Positions 47,374-56,947 of a stretch of DNA of 64,000 nucleotides are shown here, piece by piece. The stretch lies in IMG/VR virus record IMGVR_UViG_3300048573_000442; one strand, 5' to 3'. The notes beneath the pieces are model-generated. The model was given only the letters and a program-made list of their open reading frames with translations. It was not told the DNA's origin and ran no database searches. The position numbers were made by a program, and so were the translations under genes. Numbering within the stretch: the stretch's first letter is position 1; each line of letters begins with the position of its first letter. This DNA is from a virus.

Positions 47374-48159
47374 ATGTCAGATACAAACCCCCTTTTAAGT
47401 TCACTAAAATTGCCAGGGCGCATTTTCCAAATCCCTTCGCGCGGGGTGTTTTATACAAATGGTGAACTATCGCCAAATGTAAAAAATGGCGAACTTCATG
47501 TTCGCGCGATGTCAGCGCTTGATGAAATCAACTTAAAAAATCCTGATCAATTGTTTTCCGGTGACGCTTTGAATGCAGTGTTTAAAACGTGTATTGATGG
47601 AGTTGAAAAGCCGACAGAGCTTTTAGCTAAGGACGTTGATGCTATTATGATGTTTTTACGAACTGTTACATATGGCCCAAATTACGAGTTCATCGCAAAA
47701 CATACTTGCGAAAATGCTAAAGAGCATACTTACGTTGGCAACGTTGACGAAATGATTAATCGAAGCGTCATGATTGACCCGACACAGGCGGAGAAACAGT
47801 ACACTGTCACGCTTTCAAATGGGCAGACGGTCTACATTAATCCGAACCGCTACCAGCAGATCCTGGATGTCATCAAATTCAATCAGGGCAAAACTGAAAT
47901 CACTGTTAAGGACCAACAAGACAACTTGATCATGATGCTCCTGGCAGTCGTCAGCCGCATTGATGCTGTTACAGATAGAAAGCATATTGAAGAGTGGTTG
48001 CGTTCGGCTCCTGTTACATATATTAACAAGATTGCATTTCAATCTGAAGCTGTTAATAGCTGGGGCCCCAATCTCAAATATACATGTAAGTGTAAAGATT
48101 GTGGTGAAGAATTTGAAGTTGATATCCCTATCAACCCAGTAACTTTTTTCACAGAATGA
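47374..48159 (+). CDS. gp26: baseplate hub assembly protein
   Basis: LKLP...IPSRG, R.M...DE..L, D...L....R..TYG, H.C, C.C..CG.E..I..NPVTFF. Confidence 0.8.
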   Translation: MSDTNPLLSSLKLPGRIFQIPSRGVFYTNGELSPNVKNGELHVRAMSALDEINLKNPDQLFSGDALNAVFKTCIDGVEKPTELLAKDVDAIMMFLRTVTYGPNYEFIAKHTCENAKEHTYVGNVDEMINRSVMIDPTQAEKQYTVTLSNGQTVYINPNRYQQILDVIKFNQGKTEITVKDQQDNLIMMLLAVVSRIDAVTDRKHIEEWLRSAPVTYINKIAFQSEAVNSWGPNLKYTCKCKDCGEEFEVDIPINPVTFFTE

Positions 48160-48380
48160 TTAAAGCTGGTAATATGTCCGCTATTGAGCAGCATATTATC
48201 AAGTTGGGCAATGAAATCAAGCACTTAGTCAAAGCGGCCTTTGAAATTTCTTACTGGTCAAGAGGCGCTTGGAGCTATCACAGTGTTTTGGCAATGTCTC
48301 AGGCTGAAAGAGAAATAGCAACAGATTTCATTAATGAGCGACTAAAGGTCGCTTCAAAGTCCGCGCATCCAGTTTATTGA
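48156..48380 (+). CDS. gp51: baseplate hub chaperone gp51-like
   Basis: Small ORF coupled to gp26; M...ERE....I.E pattern. Confidence 0.6.
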   Translation: MIKAGNMSAIEQHIIKLGNEIKHLVKAAFEISYWSRGAWSYHSVLAMSQAEREIATDFINERLKVASKSAHPVY

Positions 48381-48418
48381 TCAGCTGCCCAATTCATACA
48401 CTTCTAAGCAGCAAAAAG

Positions 48419-48445
48419 AAAACCCGCTCAAGAGCGGGTTTTTTG
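48419..48445. terminator. bidirectional terminator
   Basis: aacccgctc-aa-gagcgggtt with A/T flanks between convergent genes. Confidence 0.85.
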
Positions 48446-48467
48446 TGTTCTTCATACTAATAGTAAC

Positions 48468-49736
48468 TTATTCGCAATATGATTCGACTTTAATTCGAAG
48501 TCCATGTTTTTCAAACACATCATTCGCAAACGTGTTCTCATCACTAATAATAACTCCGTCGAGCCCATCATGAGCATTGACTCCACTGAAGTTAGTCATT
48601 TCCCAAATGTTGTATCTCTGTTCCCGTTCCCATGAGAAATACATTTGAAACACCTTTTTAAGGTTTTCAGAAGTCGGCTTTATCTTTAAGACGTTAAGAC
48701 AAATATCCTTCTTAGCAGCCCTAAATTGCCTAGTTATAGTTTGCAATCTGTTACCAGCGCTAATGAGTTGCTCAGCAGTCAGTGTTGGGTTAGCCTGCAT
48801 AACAACCCGAACTGCTTCTGAACGTGAAGAACCATCTAGCATAAGGCCGGGACTGGCCCTAGATCCATTTGACAGGGCCATAATTAAGGTTTTTACATGT
48901 TTTAAATTCTCACTGCTAATAGGTAGATGCAGAACATTCTTACATATGTCCTCTCTAAACTCTTTTTTCTGCCTGTCCGCCTTTAACAGTTCGGGATATT
49001 TTAGCTCGAGCAACTTCATATTTCCCATGTATTTTCGATATAAATGACTTACGAGAAACTGGCAATATGAATTCTCAATGTCGACTACCGTCCCGAATAA
49101 TTCCTTTCGAAGCCAACCCGGCCACATTTCAAGGCTCCTAATTGGCCAAACAGAAACATCGCGGGCTTGTAGTTTCCCAGCGGCTTTGTAATAAAACGTG
49201 ACACGCTCTGCTTCATAAAGCCAATTCACTGCACTAATAAGTTCTTCTTTGCCTTCTGAATGTAATCGCTCTTTGACATATAGCCAACGATCTTTTCTAA
49301 CAACGACTTCTGAAGTTACATAATCTTTTTCGTCTGGTTCAGGCCCAGGACAAAACTTTGATGTGTTCAGAAGCTGTTCAATTGCTGAGATTAACTCGTC
49401 AGAAATCTTTTTAGGGCTTACTAATGTTGCGCTCTTGGTGCCATTGTTGAAATTGAACCCAGTTCTTTTAATTGTGAAAAAATGCGTAAGAATCTTTTTT
49501 GCATCGCCAACTTGAGAAGTCAGGGCAGTCAGCAACATTTCTTCTTCTAATAACCCTGGAGCCTTTCGAAGTTTTGAAGTTGCATGATACCAAGCGACAG
49601 CAATGGACAAAACCATTGCCTGTCGCCGTTTTCTTTTACTCCACCACATGCCCTCAAGATTATAAAAATTGCTGACATGTAACGGGTTAGTGCGTTCAAT
49701 TTCTAATGAGGTCCTTATGGGGTGAAAAAATATCAT
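48468..49736 (-). CDS. hypothetical protein with family-A polymerase-like palm motifs
   Basis: AGKL..SLEMWP.WLR..LF, DIENSYCQFL (motif A-like), VKTLIMALSNG (B-like), NAHDGL (C-like). Confidence 0.4.
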   Translation of the reverse strand: MIFFHPIRTSLEIERTNPLHVSNFYNLEGMWWSKRKRRQAMVLSIAVAWYHATSKLRKAPGLLEEEMLLTALTSQVGDAKKILTHFFTIKRTGFNFNNGTKSATLVSPKKISDELISAIEQLLNTSKFCPGPEPDEKDYVTSEVVVRKDRWLYVKERLHSEGKEELISAVNWLYEAERVTFYYKAAGKLQARDVSVWPIRSLEMWPGWLRKELFGTVVDIENSYCQFLVSHLYRKYMGNMKLLELKYPELLKADRQKKEFREDICKNVLHLPISSENLKHVKTLIMALSNGSRASPGLMLDGSSRSEAVRVVMQANPTLTAEQLISAGNRLQTITRQFRAAKKDICLNVLKIKPTSENLKKVFQMYFSWEREQRYNIWEMTNFSGVNAHDGLDGVIISDENTFANDVFEKHGLRIKVESYCE

Positions 49737-50206
49737 CGACGACGAATTACTGAACGAAGTTTAATACGGGAAATAAGTTCTTCAAGAGTTGAGAAAAGCG
49801 GGATTTCGAACCGATCACATACCATTTCCACATTGCCCTTTCGCCAATAGCCCTCTGGGCAGCAAACAAAGACTTTATTGGACTTTGCATAAAGCCCTAG
49901 TTCCATCAGAGTAATTGGCGCTTTGGTTTTTGGGTCAAAATAGTAAACGATTAGATCTGCAGAATCTTGATTATCTAACTCCCAAGTAACTTGCTCATTA
50001 AACTGCGGGTCCTTTATGCTTTGAACCCAGGAGGAATCCCAATCATCCCGCCGAGGATTTAGCAGGATTACATTAAACTTTTCTAAGTTACGGGCGACAG
50101 TTTCTTGCCAATTTTCGGCTTCTCCCATCTCAATGGAGCCACCGAGAAATACTGACAATGCACCAGTATTATTTTCCCACTGATTTGGAGACTTAATTTC
50201 TGTCAT
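49733..50206 (-). CDS. nucleoside 2-deoxyribosyltransferase-like protein
   Basis: VFLGGSI, NWQ, LNPRRDDWD, QV.WEL, APITLMELG. Confidence 0.85.
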   Translation of the reverse strand: MTEIKSPNQWENNTGALSVFLGGSIEMGEAENWQETVARNLEKFNVILLNPRRDDWDSSWVQSIKDPQFNEQVTWELDNQDSADLIVYYFDPKTKAPITLMELGLYAKSNKVFVCCPEGYWRKGNVEMVCDRFEIPLFSTLEELISRIKLRSVIRRR

Positions 50207-50376
50207 TTTTTATTTCGCTTCATTGATTGGTAGATAGAACGCCCACAAGCGGGATCATTCATTTTGGCACCCGTCTTTTTATCTTTGCCGCCTGTCAACC
50301 AATTTTCATCAATTGCCCCCTTATCTTGGAGATGACGAACCAGGGCTCGAAGGTTTTTAGCGCGTTTTGAGTTCAT
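50203..50376 (-). CDS. small basic hypothetical protein (57 aa, below ORF-track cutoff)
   Basis: AAGGG SD, MNSKRAKNLRALVRHLQ...YQSMKRNKK; TGA overlaps next ATG. Confidence 0.6.
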   Translation of the reverse strand: MNSKRAKNLRALVRHLQDKGAIDENWLTGGKDKKTGAKMNDPACGRSIYQSMKRNKK

Positions 50377-50386
50377 TGTTTTCCCT

Positions 50387-51019
50387 TTACAAAATGCCAG
50401 AATATCTAGGATTATAATCAGAATCAGTATGTTCGACCATATAATCGGTCTTTGAAGTGAATAAAAGAGCTTCCCAGCGAGTTACGCTAGCCGTACCAAG
50501 CTTGCCCAACTTTGGGCGCAAGATAACAAATTTAATTTTGTCTGGATCTACGCCAAGGTTTTCGATGAAAAGTGGGGCATCAGCACCAAATACGTTTAAT
50601 TCGTGCAAAGTTTTTTGAGGTCTACGGGTTCCCTTATCGTCCCTTAAAACTGTTGACTTTTCACACTTAGAAATTTTGAAAGCCCCAGTAGAAAATTGTG
50701 CTGAATGATGCGTAGTGGGATTTGGAGTAATCATTGCCCTTCGACCATTTGACCTAATCGCAAAATCAAAGAGCGAATCTATGAACTTGGAGTATGTTCC
50801 TTGGCTGATTACGCTTCTTGGTTTGCCGACAGCTGCGGCGATAACCTCTTTATTCGGCGAAAGCATCGCATTCCCGTTCTGCTTCGCGATCCATGGACCC
50901 ATAAAATCGTACGCTCGTGAATACATTTCATAGTTGGCTGCCACGATTCGCAGTACGTCAGAAAAAGAAGTCGTGGGTCGGAACACATCGACCCTGATAT
51001 TATTTGTATTATAGCTCAT
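50387..51019 (-). CDS. hypothetical protein
   Basis: 210-aa ORF in operon. Confidence 0.7.
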   Translation of the reverse strand: MSYNTNNIRVDVFRPTTSFSDVLRIVAANYEMYSRAYDFMGPWIAKQNGNAMLSPNKEVIAAAVGKPRSVISQGTYSKFIDSLFDFAIRSNGRRAMITPNPTTHHSAQFSTGAFKISKCEKSTVLRDDKGTRRPQKTLHELNVFGADAPLFIENLGVDPDKIKFVILRPKLGKLGTASVTRWEALLFTSKTDYMVEHTDSDYNPRYSGIL

Positions 51020-51026
51020 GATATTT

Positions 51027-51575
51027 TTATTGTAAACCAGTGTACCAAAAATCTTTCTGTGGTAGCAGGTCTTCTAGCAGAAAGATGTCGATCGATGTCC
51101 CATTTTGAGCAATAGTCATTTTCGGCGGGATGTTCATGTCCTTACTTAGGCCAGCTACAAAGGTTGATGAACGATTCCATTTAAAAATAAGCAACGGGAT
51201 TTTATTAATTTTGACAGCATCTACTACAGATTCTTGCATCCATTTAAAAATGTTTGCATTGCCTGCAACCATAATTTCAAAGCTATCAGATTTCGCGTAT
51301 GATTTACACTCTATAGAGAAATTAAAACACACCTTTGCTTCTTTCTGATTGACAGGCACTACATCCCCGACAAATATGTTTAGGGCTTCTTGCCCAAATA
51401 ATTCGCCATAAGCTTGGAAGTTTTTTCCGCCTACTCTGGCTCCGCTGCCTGGGGTCCTGATAAATTTTAGTGGAGCTAATGCCGTTGAAAGCTTTTTAGC
51501 AACCTGATTTTCGAACCCCGACCCTTTAGCTTTGCTGTTAAATCGCTTAGTCTTCTTTTCCTTGATTTGGTCCAT
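51027..51575 (-). CDS. Holliday junction resolvase-like PD-(D/E)XK nuclease
   Basis: KAKG..FE..VAK.L, RTPGSG, GD, IECK. Confidence 0.75.
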   Translation of the reverse strand: MDQIKEKKTKRFNSKAKGSGFENQVAKKLSTALAPLKFIRTPGSGARVGGKNFQAYGELFGQEALNIFVGDVVPVNQKEAKVCFNFSIECKSYAKSDSFEIMVAGNANIFKWMQESVVDAVKINKIPLLIFKWNRSSTFVAGLSKDMNIPPKMTIAQNGTSIDIFLLEDLLPQKDFWYTGLQ

Positions 51576-51650
51576 AGACCTCCCATATAGTTTTGTTTAT
51601 GTGTATCGTGTTCTTGGCACGGTGGTATTTATCACATGAACAAAACTAAA

Positions 51651-52220
51651 TTAGGGGCAATCTGTCCCGAGAAAAATTGAAGTTTCCCTTAATAAGCCAT
51701 ACCCGCATTCTGTGACGGGTTTACCGAATAAGCGATATTGTTCCAGCATTAAGCGTTCATTGCTGGAGTTTGCAAGTTCGAAGTCTGCCAACTTTGAATC
51801 TCGCTTAATTTCACCGGTTAGGGCGTCAATGACTTTAACAGAATAATACTGAGATAGCTTTTTCCAAATTGAGATAGATTCTGGGCTCAACTCTACATCA
51901 GAAATAATGCTGTTGCCGTTACCCCGCAAAGTCCGATGAAGAGAAGTAATGAAACCCCGGTTTCTCCATTTAGGGACAACAAAAGTCCTATTGATTACAA
52001 GTGCTTTTGGTTGCAAAATTTGCACTGCTTTAGCAAATGCGACCATTTCATTATCAACGACAATAACAAAGAAAAAATCATTTGCAAATTGCTGATAGAG
52101 CAATTTATGACCTTCGACGTTCGCCGTTTTATAAGGTTGCAGATCTGTTAAAATTGACAGTTCAAACGGGTTAGCGTTTGGTTGCTGCGGAATTCGCGTA
52201 ATTTCGCTAAGTTTTACCAT
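51651..52220 (-). CDS. GNAT-like acetyltransferase 2
   Basis: FVVPKWRNRGF motif A; SD..LSPESI.IWK.L. Confidence 0.6.
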   Translation of the reverse strand: MVKLSEITRIPQQPNANPFELSILTDLQPYKTANVEGHKLLYQQFANDFFFVIVVDNEMVAFAKAVQILQPKALVINRTFVVPKWRNRGFITSLHRTLRGNGNSIISDVELSPESISIWKKLSQYYSVKVIDALTGEIKRDSKLADFELANSSNERLMLEQYRLFGKPVTECGYGLLRETSIFLGTDCP

Positions 52221-52795
52221 TATGGTAACGATTCGCCTATAAAAATTTGGTGCTCAAGTGTTTGGAAATTGTTTGGGGAATAAAGCCATTTGTGAATTCG
52301 TTCTAAAAGAAAATGATCAGCGTTTACATACGCGGGGTTGTCAAAATCACAATCAACCGCGTTACGCCTTCCCCCGGAATCCCTATCTACTACTTTCATT
52401 CCGTTAGTATGTTTCCTCAAATTCTTCCAAATTGAAATTGATTCCGGTGAAAGTTGCGAATCTGAAACCAGCACAAACCCCTGGTTATGAAGCGTCAAAT
52501 AAAGTGCGGTCATTAATCCTCGGTTCCTGAATTTCAGCGGAGCCCAAGTTTGCTTTATGATTATGCCGCCTTCAATATCATCTAGCTTGACAGCCTTCAT
52601 ATACGCAGCATTTTCCCCATTTACTTGAACTACGAAAAAATAACTGTCGCCCACTTCATTACATAGTAACGGATACTGTTCGACTTTGGCCTTCCTAAAC
52701 TGTGTCGCGCAATCAAACACCCCATGTTCAAATTGGAAAATGTTTGACTGCTTCGGAATTTTTGAAACTTCAGCTAATTTCATCAATTTCGCCAT
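52220..52795 (-). CDS. GNAT-like acetyltransferase 1
   Basis: WAPLKFRNRGL motif A; SD..LSPESI.IWK.L; paralog of neighbour. Confidence 0.6.
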   Translation of the reverse strand: MAKLMKLAEVSKIPKQSNIFQFEHGVFDCATQFRKAKVEQYPLLCNEVGDSYFFVVQVNGENAAYMKAVKLDDIEGGIIIKQTWAPLKFRNRGLMTALYLTLHNQGFVLVSDSQLSPESISIWKNLRKHTNGMKVVDRDSGGRRNAVDCDFDNPAYVNADHFLLERIHKWLYSPNNFQTLEHQIFIGESLP

Positions 52796-54527
52796 TGACG
52801 ATTATTCTGCTGAATCCGTTCTGTTTGCGAATTGTTACTGTTCGATCAAATCGGCCAACTGCTTCAGGACGATGGGAGATGATCCAAAGTCCTAAGCCCT
52901 CATCCCGTGTTTTATCTTTAAGCAGCTTGAACACATTTTCTACACCAGAAGCATCTAAACTCGCATCAATCTCATCAATAAACATTAGGTTGACACGGCT
53001 ATGCAGATGGTGAAGAACGTCCCTGAAAGCTAAAGACATAGACAGGTTTACTCGTTTCTTTTCACCGCTTGAAAGATTGCCAAAATCAAGTTCCCGCCCG
53101 TATTCTGCAACACAGCAACTCATATCATCGTCAAATCGCACAACATGTGGCAATCCGAGCTCTTTAGTATAATGGACCAAGCGATTGTTTAGGAATGGGA
53201 TGGTTTTTTGAATAATCTTCCGGCGAATAAACGAGTTTTTATCAGTCAGCAGTTTTAGAAGGAACTGCTGGTGGTCCAAAACCTTTTTTAGTTCATTTAG
53301 GTCAGTATAGTCAATAGAAGTAACTGGATTTAACACAAGCTGTTCATATGCTTCTTCATGGGGGTTTAAAGCTGATAAGTTTTCCTGAATTTTCTGTGAA
53401 GCAGTGGAAGCAATCGCTTCAGCTTTTATTGCCTCTGACAATGAAGCGAATTTCATGAGAGACTTTGCGTTTTTGCGCTGCTCAATAATCTCTGCGGCTT
53501 CATCTGATAAGGTTTTAACAATACCCTCAAATTCTTCTTGCTGAATAATCTTTTCTTCAAGAAGCGCCCGTTTTTCTTCAAGCTTAACCATCGCCCCAGC
53601 ATATTCTTGTAAGCAGTAAGGACATTTTGCATCCTCAAGATGTTCAAGTTCGGCCACAAGCTTTTTAACTTCTTGCGCAATCGCGGTCTTGTCCTTTTTA
53701 GCAACGGAAAGTTTTTTCTCAATACTAGCTTCTTGATCCTTTAACATTGAAACCAGGGAATGCAATTCCTTCTCTTCGTCCATGTTTACAGCTTCCATCA
53801 GTTCGAGCTGCTTTTTTAGGCTTTCCACTTGATTACTGCGGTCGGTTTCCCATCGCTCAATGCGCGACTTTGCATCTTTAACATGCTTATTGTAAAGTGT
53901 TACGGCAGCTTCACGTTCTCGAATGATTGCCTCTTGAACAGAAATGCTTCCTTCGGTTTGCTTAATGCGTTCTTTGAGCTTAATAGCTTTCTCTGTCAAT
54001 ATAGTGATATTAAACAGTTCTTCGATTTGCTGGCGTTGCTGGGAAACTGGCACCATAAGAAACGGCATGCTGTTCCCTGAAAAGATTATGACTTTGGTAA
54101 ACAAATCATAGCTCATGCCAATAATTTCTTGAACTAGCGCATCGTTTCCAGTAACACTGTCTAATGTAATATCTTCGCCGTTTTTTAGGACCTGAATGTT
54201 AAAGGTTTCTCCCCTACAACGGTAGACTTCATATTCGTCATCTCCCTTTGAAAAGAAAATGCGGACCTCCATCAGCGTGCCTTTAAGCCCGTTTGTCTTA
54301 TTCACTAAGTTGTTTAGGGAAATTGAATCAAACGGTTTGTTATATAGCGCATAGCATATTGCGTTAATGATTGCACTTTTACCGCAGCCATTTGCGCCCA
54401 TCGTGTCTAAGTTTTCCCCGACGATTAAGGTACTTCCCAAAGTGGTCAGATCAATCGTAATGGTTGCATTTCCGAATGAGAGCAAATTTCTGAGTTCAAT
54501 ATATTTTAAAATTAACGGATTTGACAA
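52770..54527 (-). CDS. gp46: recombination endonuclease ATPase subunit (Rad50/SbcC-like)
   Basis: GANGCGKS, CPYC zinc hook, LSSGEKKR signature, FIDEIDASLD, ISH. Confidence 0.95.
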   Translation of the reverse strand: MSNPLILKYIELRNLLSFGNATITIDLTTLGSTLIVGENLDTMGANGCGKSAIINAICYALYNKPFDSISLNNLVNKTNGLKGTLMEVRIFFSKGDDEYEVYRCRGETFNIQVLKNGEDITLDSVTGNDALVQEIIGMSYDLFTKVIIFSGNSMPFLMVPVSQQRQQIEELFNITILTEKAIKLKERIKQTEGSISVQEAIIREREAAVTLYNKHVKDAKSRIERWETDRSNQVESLKKQLELMEAVNMDEEKELHSLVSMLKDQEASIEKKLSVAKKDKTAIAQEVKKLVAELEHLEDAKCPYCLQEYAGAMVKLEEKRALLEEKIIQQEEFEGIVKTLSDEAAEIIEQRKNAKSLMKFASLSEAIKAEAIASTASQKIQENLSALNPHEEAYEQLVLNPVTSIDYTDLNELKKVLDHQQFLLKLLTDKNSFIRRKIIQKTIPFLNNRLVHYTKELGLPHVVRFDDDMSCCVAEYGRELDFGNLSSGEKKRVNLSMSLAFRDVLHHLHSRVNLMFIDEIDASLDASGVENVFKLLKDKTRDEGLGLWIISHRPEAVGRFDRTVTIRKQNGFSRIIVNGEIDEIS

Positions 54528-54537
54528 TTTCTATCCT

Positions 54538-55569
54538 TTATAGGTTTTGATAGATTTCTACGAGGCGTTTTGATTCAATCGACGATGCATTAGTCAATCC
54601 AGTCTGAAGCATTTTTATAACTGCATCGTTTAACGAGCTCAAGTCAAAGTTCTCTAAAACTTCTTCCCCGGCTATAGCTTCTTTTCGCTCGGCAGTGTTT
54701 TCTTCTAGGACAAATTCCCTTAAAGAAAAAAGTTTAACCATTTCGTCTTTAAGCGTCTGAGCATCCATGTAACTGATTTCAACATCTAACAGGCAGCGAA
54801 CTCTGCATTTAGTCGGAAAGTCTGGAACCTTCCCATCTAGAATATCTGACAGTTTCACTTTGCGATATTTGGGGCAATCATCCCAGTCGATGAAATCAAC
54901 ATCGGCAGTTTCTGTGTCCAATATGCACATTCCTCGCGCATCATCCCAAGCATCTCCATAATTTGTCGGGAACGTATTGCCGATATAAACGATGTTATCG
55001 GTTGCTTGGCGCTTATGAAAATGCCCAGAGAAAATGTATTCAGGTCCAGCAAACTGTTTATGGTCTGGGCCATGTTCGATTCGTCGGTCTGAACCGGTCA
55101 CGATAAAGTTTCTAAATTCAAAATGACCGAATACGTATTTCGGCTTATTTTTGGTAATTCCTTCTGCCATTAACGGATATTCTTCGTTGAAAAGAAACGG
55201 GAAGAAGGCAAACTTGTCAACGTATTTTGCTTCATTGACTATAATAACGTTTTTGAATTGGGAAAAATGGTATGTTGAAAATTGCTGGCGGGTCGATCGA
55301 TGGAATAAATCGTGATTGCCTACGCAAAAATAAATTGGTAGCCCCAACGCATCTAATTTCAGAAGACCGTCAAATGAAGCATTTAGTGTTGCCACATTTA
55401 TGGAATTCCGGTTTTCAAACCAATCGCCCATAAACACGATGGCATCACATTTCTCTCTTACCGCTGTATTTGCGAACCAATCAATGTAGTCTAAACAGTC
55501 TTGGTTATGAAGAGAGGAATTACCCTTTGCGCCCCAATGAATATCAGTAAAAAGCGCTGGCTTCTTCAT
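54538..55569 (-). CDS. gp47: recombination endonuclease nuclease subunit (Mre11/SbcD-like)
   Basis: TDIHWG, GDWF, GNHD, GHFE, SGHFH. Confidence 0.95.
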   Translation of the reverse strand: MKKPALFTDIHWGAKGNSSLHNQDCLDYIDWFANTAVREKCDAIVFMGDWFENRNSINVATLNASFDGLLKLDALGLPIYFCVGNHDLFHRSTRQQFSTYHFSQFKNVIIVNEAKYVDKFAFFPFLFNEEYPLMAEGITKNKPKYVFGHFEFRNFIVTGSDRRIEHGPDHKQFAGPEYIFSGHFHKRQATDNIVYIGNTFPTNYGDAWDDARGMCILDTETADVDFIDWDDCPKYRKVKLSDILDGKVPDFPTKCRVRCLLDVEISYMDAQTLKDEMVKLFSLREFVLEENTAERKEAIAGEEVLENFDLSSLNDAVIKMLQTGLTNASSIESKRLVEIYQNL

Positions 55570-56135
55570 TCGGCAGCCTTTCTCACAAAACTGCGAGTTT
55601 CTGCATCATAAACCAAATCAGCGCCGGTTAAGATAGTTACTTCGCCAGGTTCCCGACCTGGGTATCTTGCGGTTTCTTCACACTCGCCAATATCATTAGG
55701 ATTTACCAAATCCCCGTCTAGTTCTTTAAGAACTGTGCTATCAACATAGTTAAAACTCGGGTTTGACCCAGCATTTATTAGCAGTTTGTCTCTAATGTTT
55801 TGTTGCTTTTTCTCATTTGCAATAAACTGTAGAAACGAATTATGAATTGCGGTCGTATAGAAAGCAAATGGGTTATCATACTTTTCGCAATTAAATTTTA
55901 AGGCATTTTTACAAAGGTTTTCAACTGCAGAAGAAACCATATCAGCTCGAAATGAATAGTTGACAAAACTACCCTTTTTAGAGTACCGATCTGCAATCAT
56001 CCAAACCATTTTGATAAGGCGCTCCGTGACCTCGCCTTTTGCTTTCGCTTCGATTACTGCCGGTAAAAGATCGGCATTCCTTACATAGTGTCCTGTGGTA
56101 GTTGTTGATTTTTCTCTTTTGGTTTTAGGTTTCAA
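55566..56135 (-). CDS. gp55: late transcription sigma factor
   Basis: HYV.N..L, F.NYSFR.DM...A.EN....A..F.....NPFAFYT...NSF...I..EKKQ. Confidence 0.9.
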   Translation of the reverse strand: MKPKTKREKSTTTTGHYVRNADLLPAVIEAKAKGEVTERLIKMVWMIADRYSKKGSFVNYSFRADMVSSAVENLCKNALKFNCEKYDNPFAFYTTAIHNSFLQFIANEKKQQNIRDKLLINAGSNPSFNYVDSTVLKELDGDLVNPNDIGECEETARYPGREPGEVTILTGADLVYDAETRSFVRKAAE

Positions 56136-56245
56136 AGTAAAGTTCTCCTTGTTGCTGAAGGAGCTATTTTTATTATACTACGTATAGTAAGAAAGTTAAA
56201 CTCTGTTCATAAATACCCATGAACTTCACTTCCTGAGACAAAAAT

Positions 56246-56947
56246 ATGGTAGACGAACAGTATTATTTATTTGAAGCAATGGCTGCCATGGGTAGCAAAC
56301 GAGTCGCGGTCGTAATTGGCCGATTTAACCCTCCCACATTAGGACACTACGCAATTTTTAATAAGGTTAAAAGTGTTCTTCGTGCTAATAGTAAGTTTGA
56401 TCTCGATGTTATTCCTGTAGTCATTGTCATTGGTGGCAGCAAGTCTGATGCTGATAAGTCAAGGAATCCCCTATCAGTAGACGACCGGATAATGTTTATG
56501 CAGGCCTCTGGACATGCTGATGGGATTACGTTCATGTCTGCAAAAAACGCATACGCTGCTCTGGCAAACTTGCGAAATTCAGATTTAGAACCTATTGCTA
56601 TTGCTGCAGGCTCTGACAGAATCGCAGATTATAAACGGATCCTAGATGATAATTTTAAAGACCCAAAGGGCGAGAAAATTAGGCATCATACTATTACTCT
56701 ACAGAGGGATGAAGATTCTGGCGTTGAATTAAACGCACAAGATAAAAATGACGCCCTAGATACATTGCTTGATGAATTAAAGAAAACCGGAAAAATAGAT
56801 GTTGACCTTATTTCTGGCTCACTTGCTAGACGGGCAGTAGAGTTAAATCGACTTGAAGAATTTTCGATTATTACGGGGTTGAAGTCTAAGCCAGTCCTTG
56901 CCAAAAAAATGTTTGGCAAAATACAAACTTCTTTAAGGGGGTCATAA
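56246..56947 (+). CDS. cytidyltransferase-like nucleotidyltransferase
   Basis: IGRFNPPTLGH (HxGH-like), KSRNPLS, AGSDR, ISGS..R; CATAAATA at 56208-56215. Confidence 0.8.
   Translation: MVDEQYYLFEAMAAMGSKRVAVVIGRFNPPTLGHYAIFNKVKSVLRANSKFDLDVIPVVIVIGGSKSDADKSRNPLSVDDRIMFMQASGHADGITFMSAKNAYAALANLRNSDLEPIAIAAGSDRIADYKRILDDNFKDPKGEKIRHHTITLQRDEDSGVELNAQDKNDALDTLLDELKKTGKIDVDLISGSLARRAVELNRLEEFSIITGLKSKPVLAKKMFGKIQTSLRGS

Noticed and set aside
49733-50206. NDT-like protein as a defence effector
   Set aside because: No partner sensor, retron or cyclase nearby; such genes are common standalone phage metabolic genes
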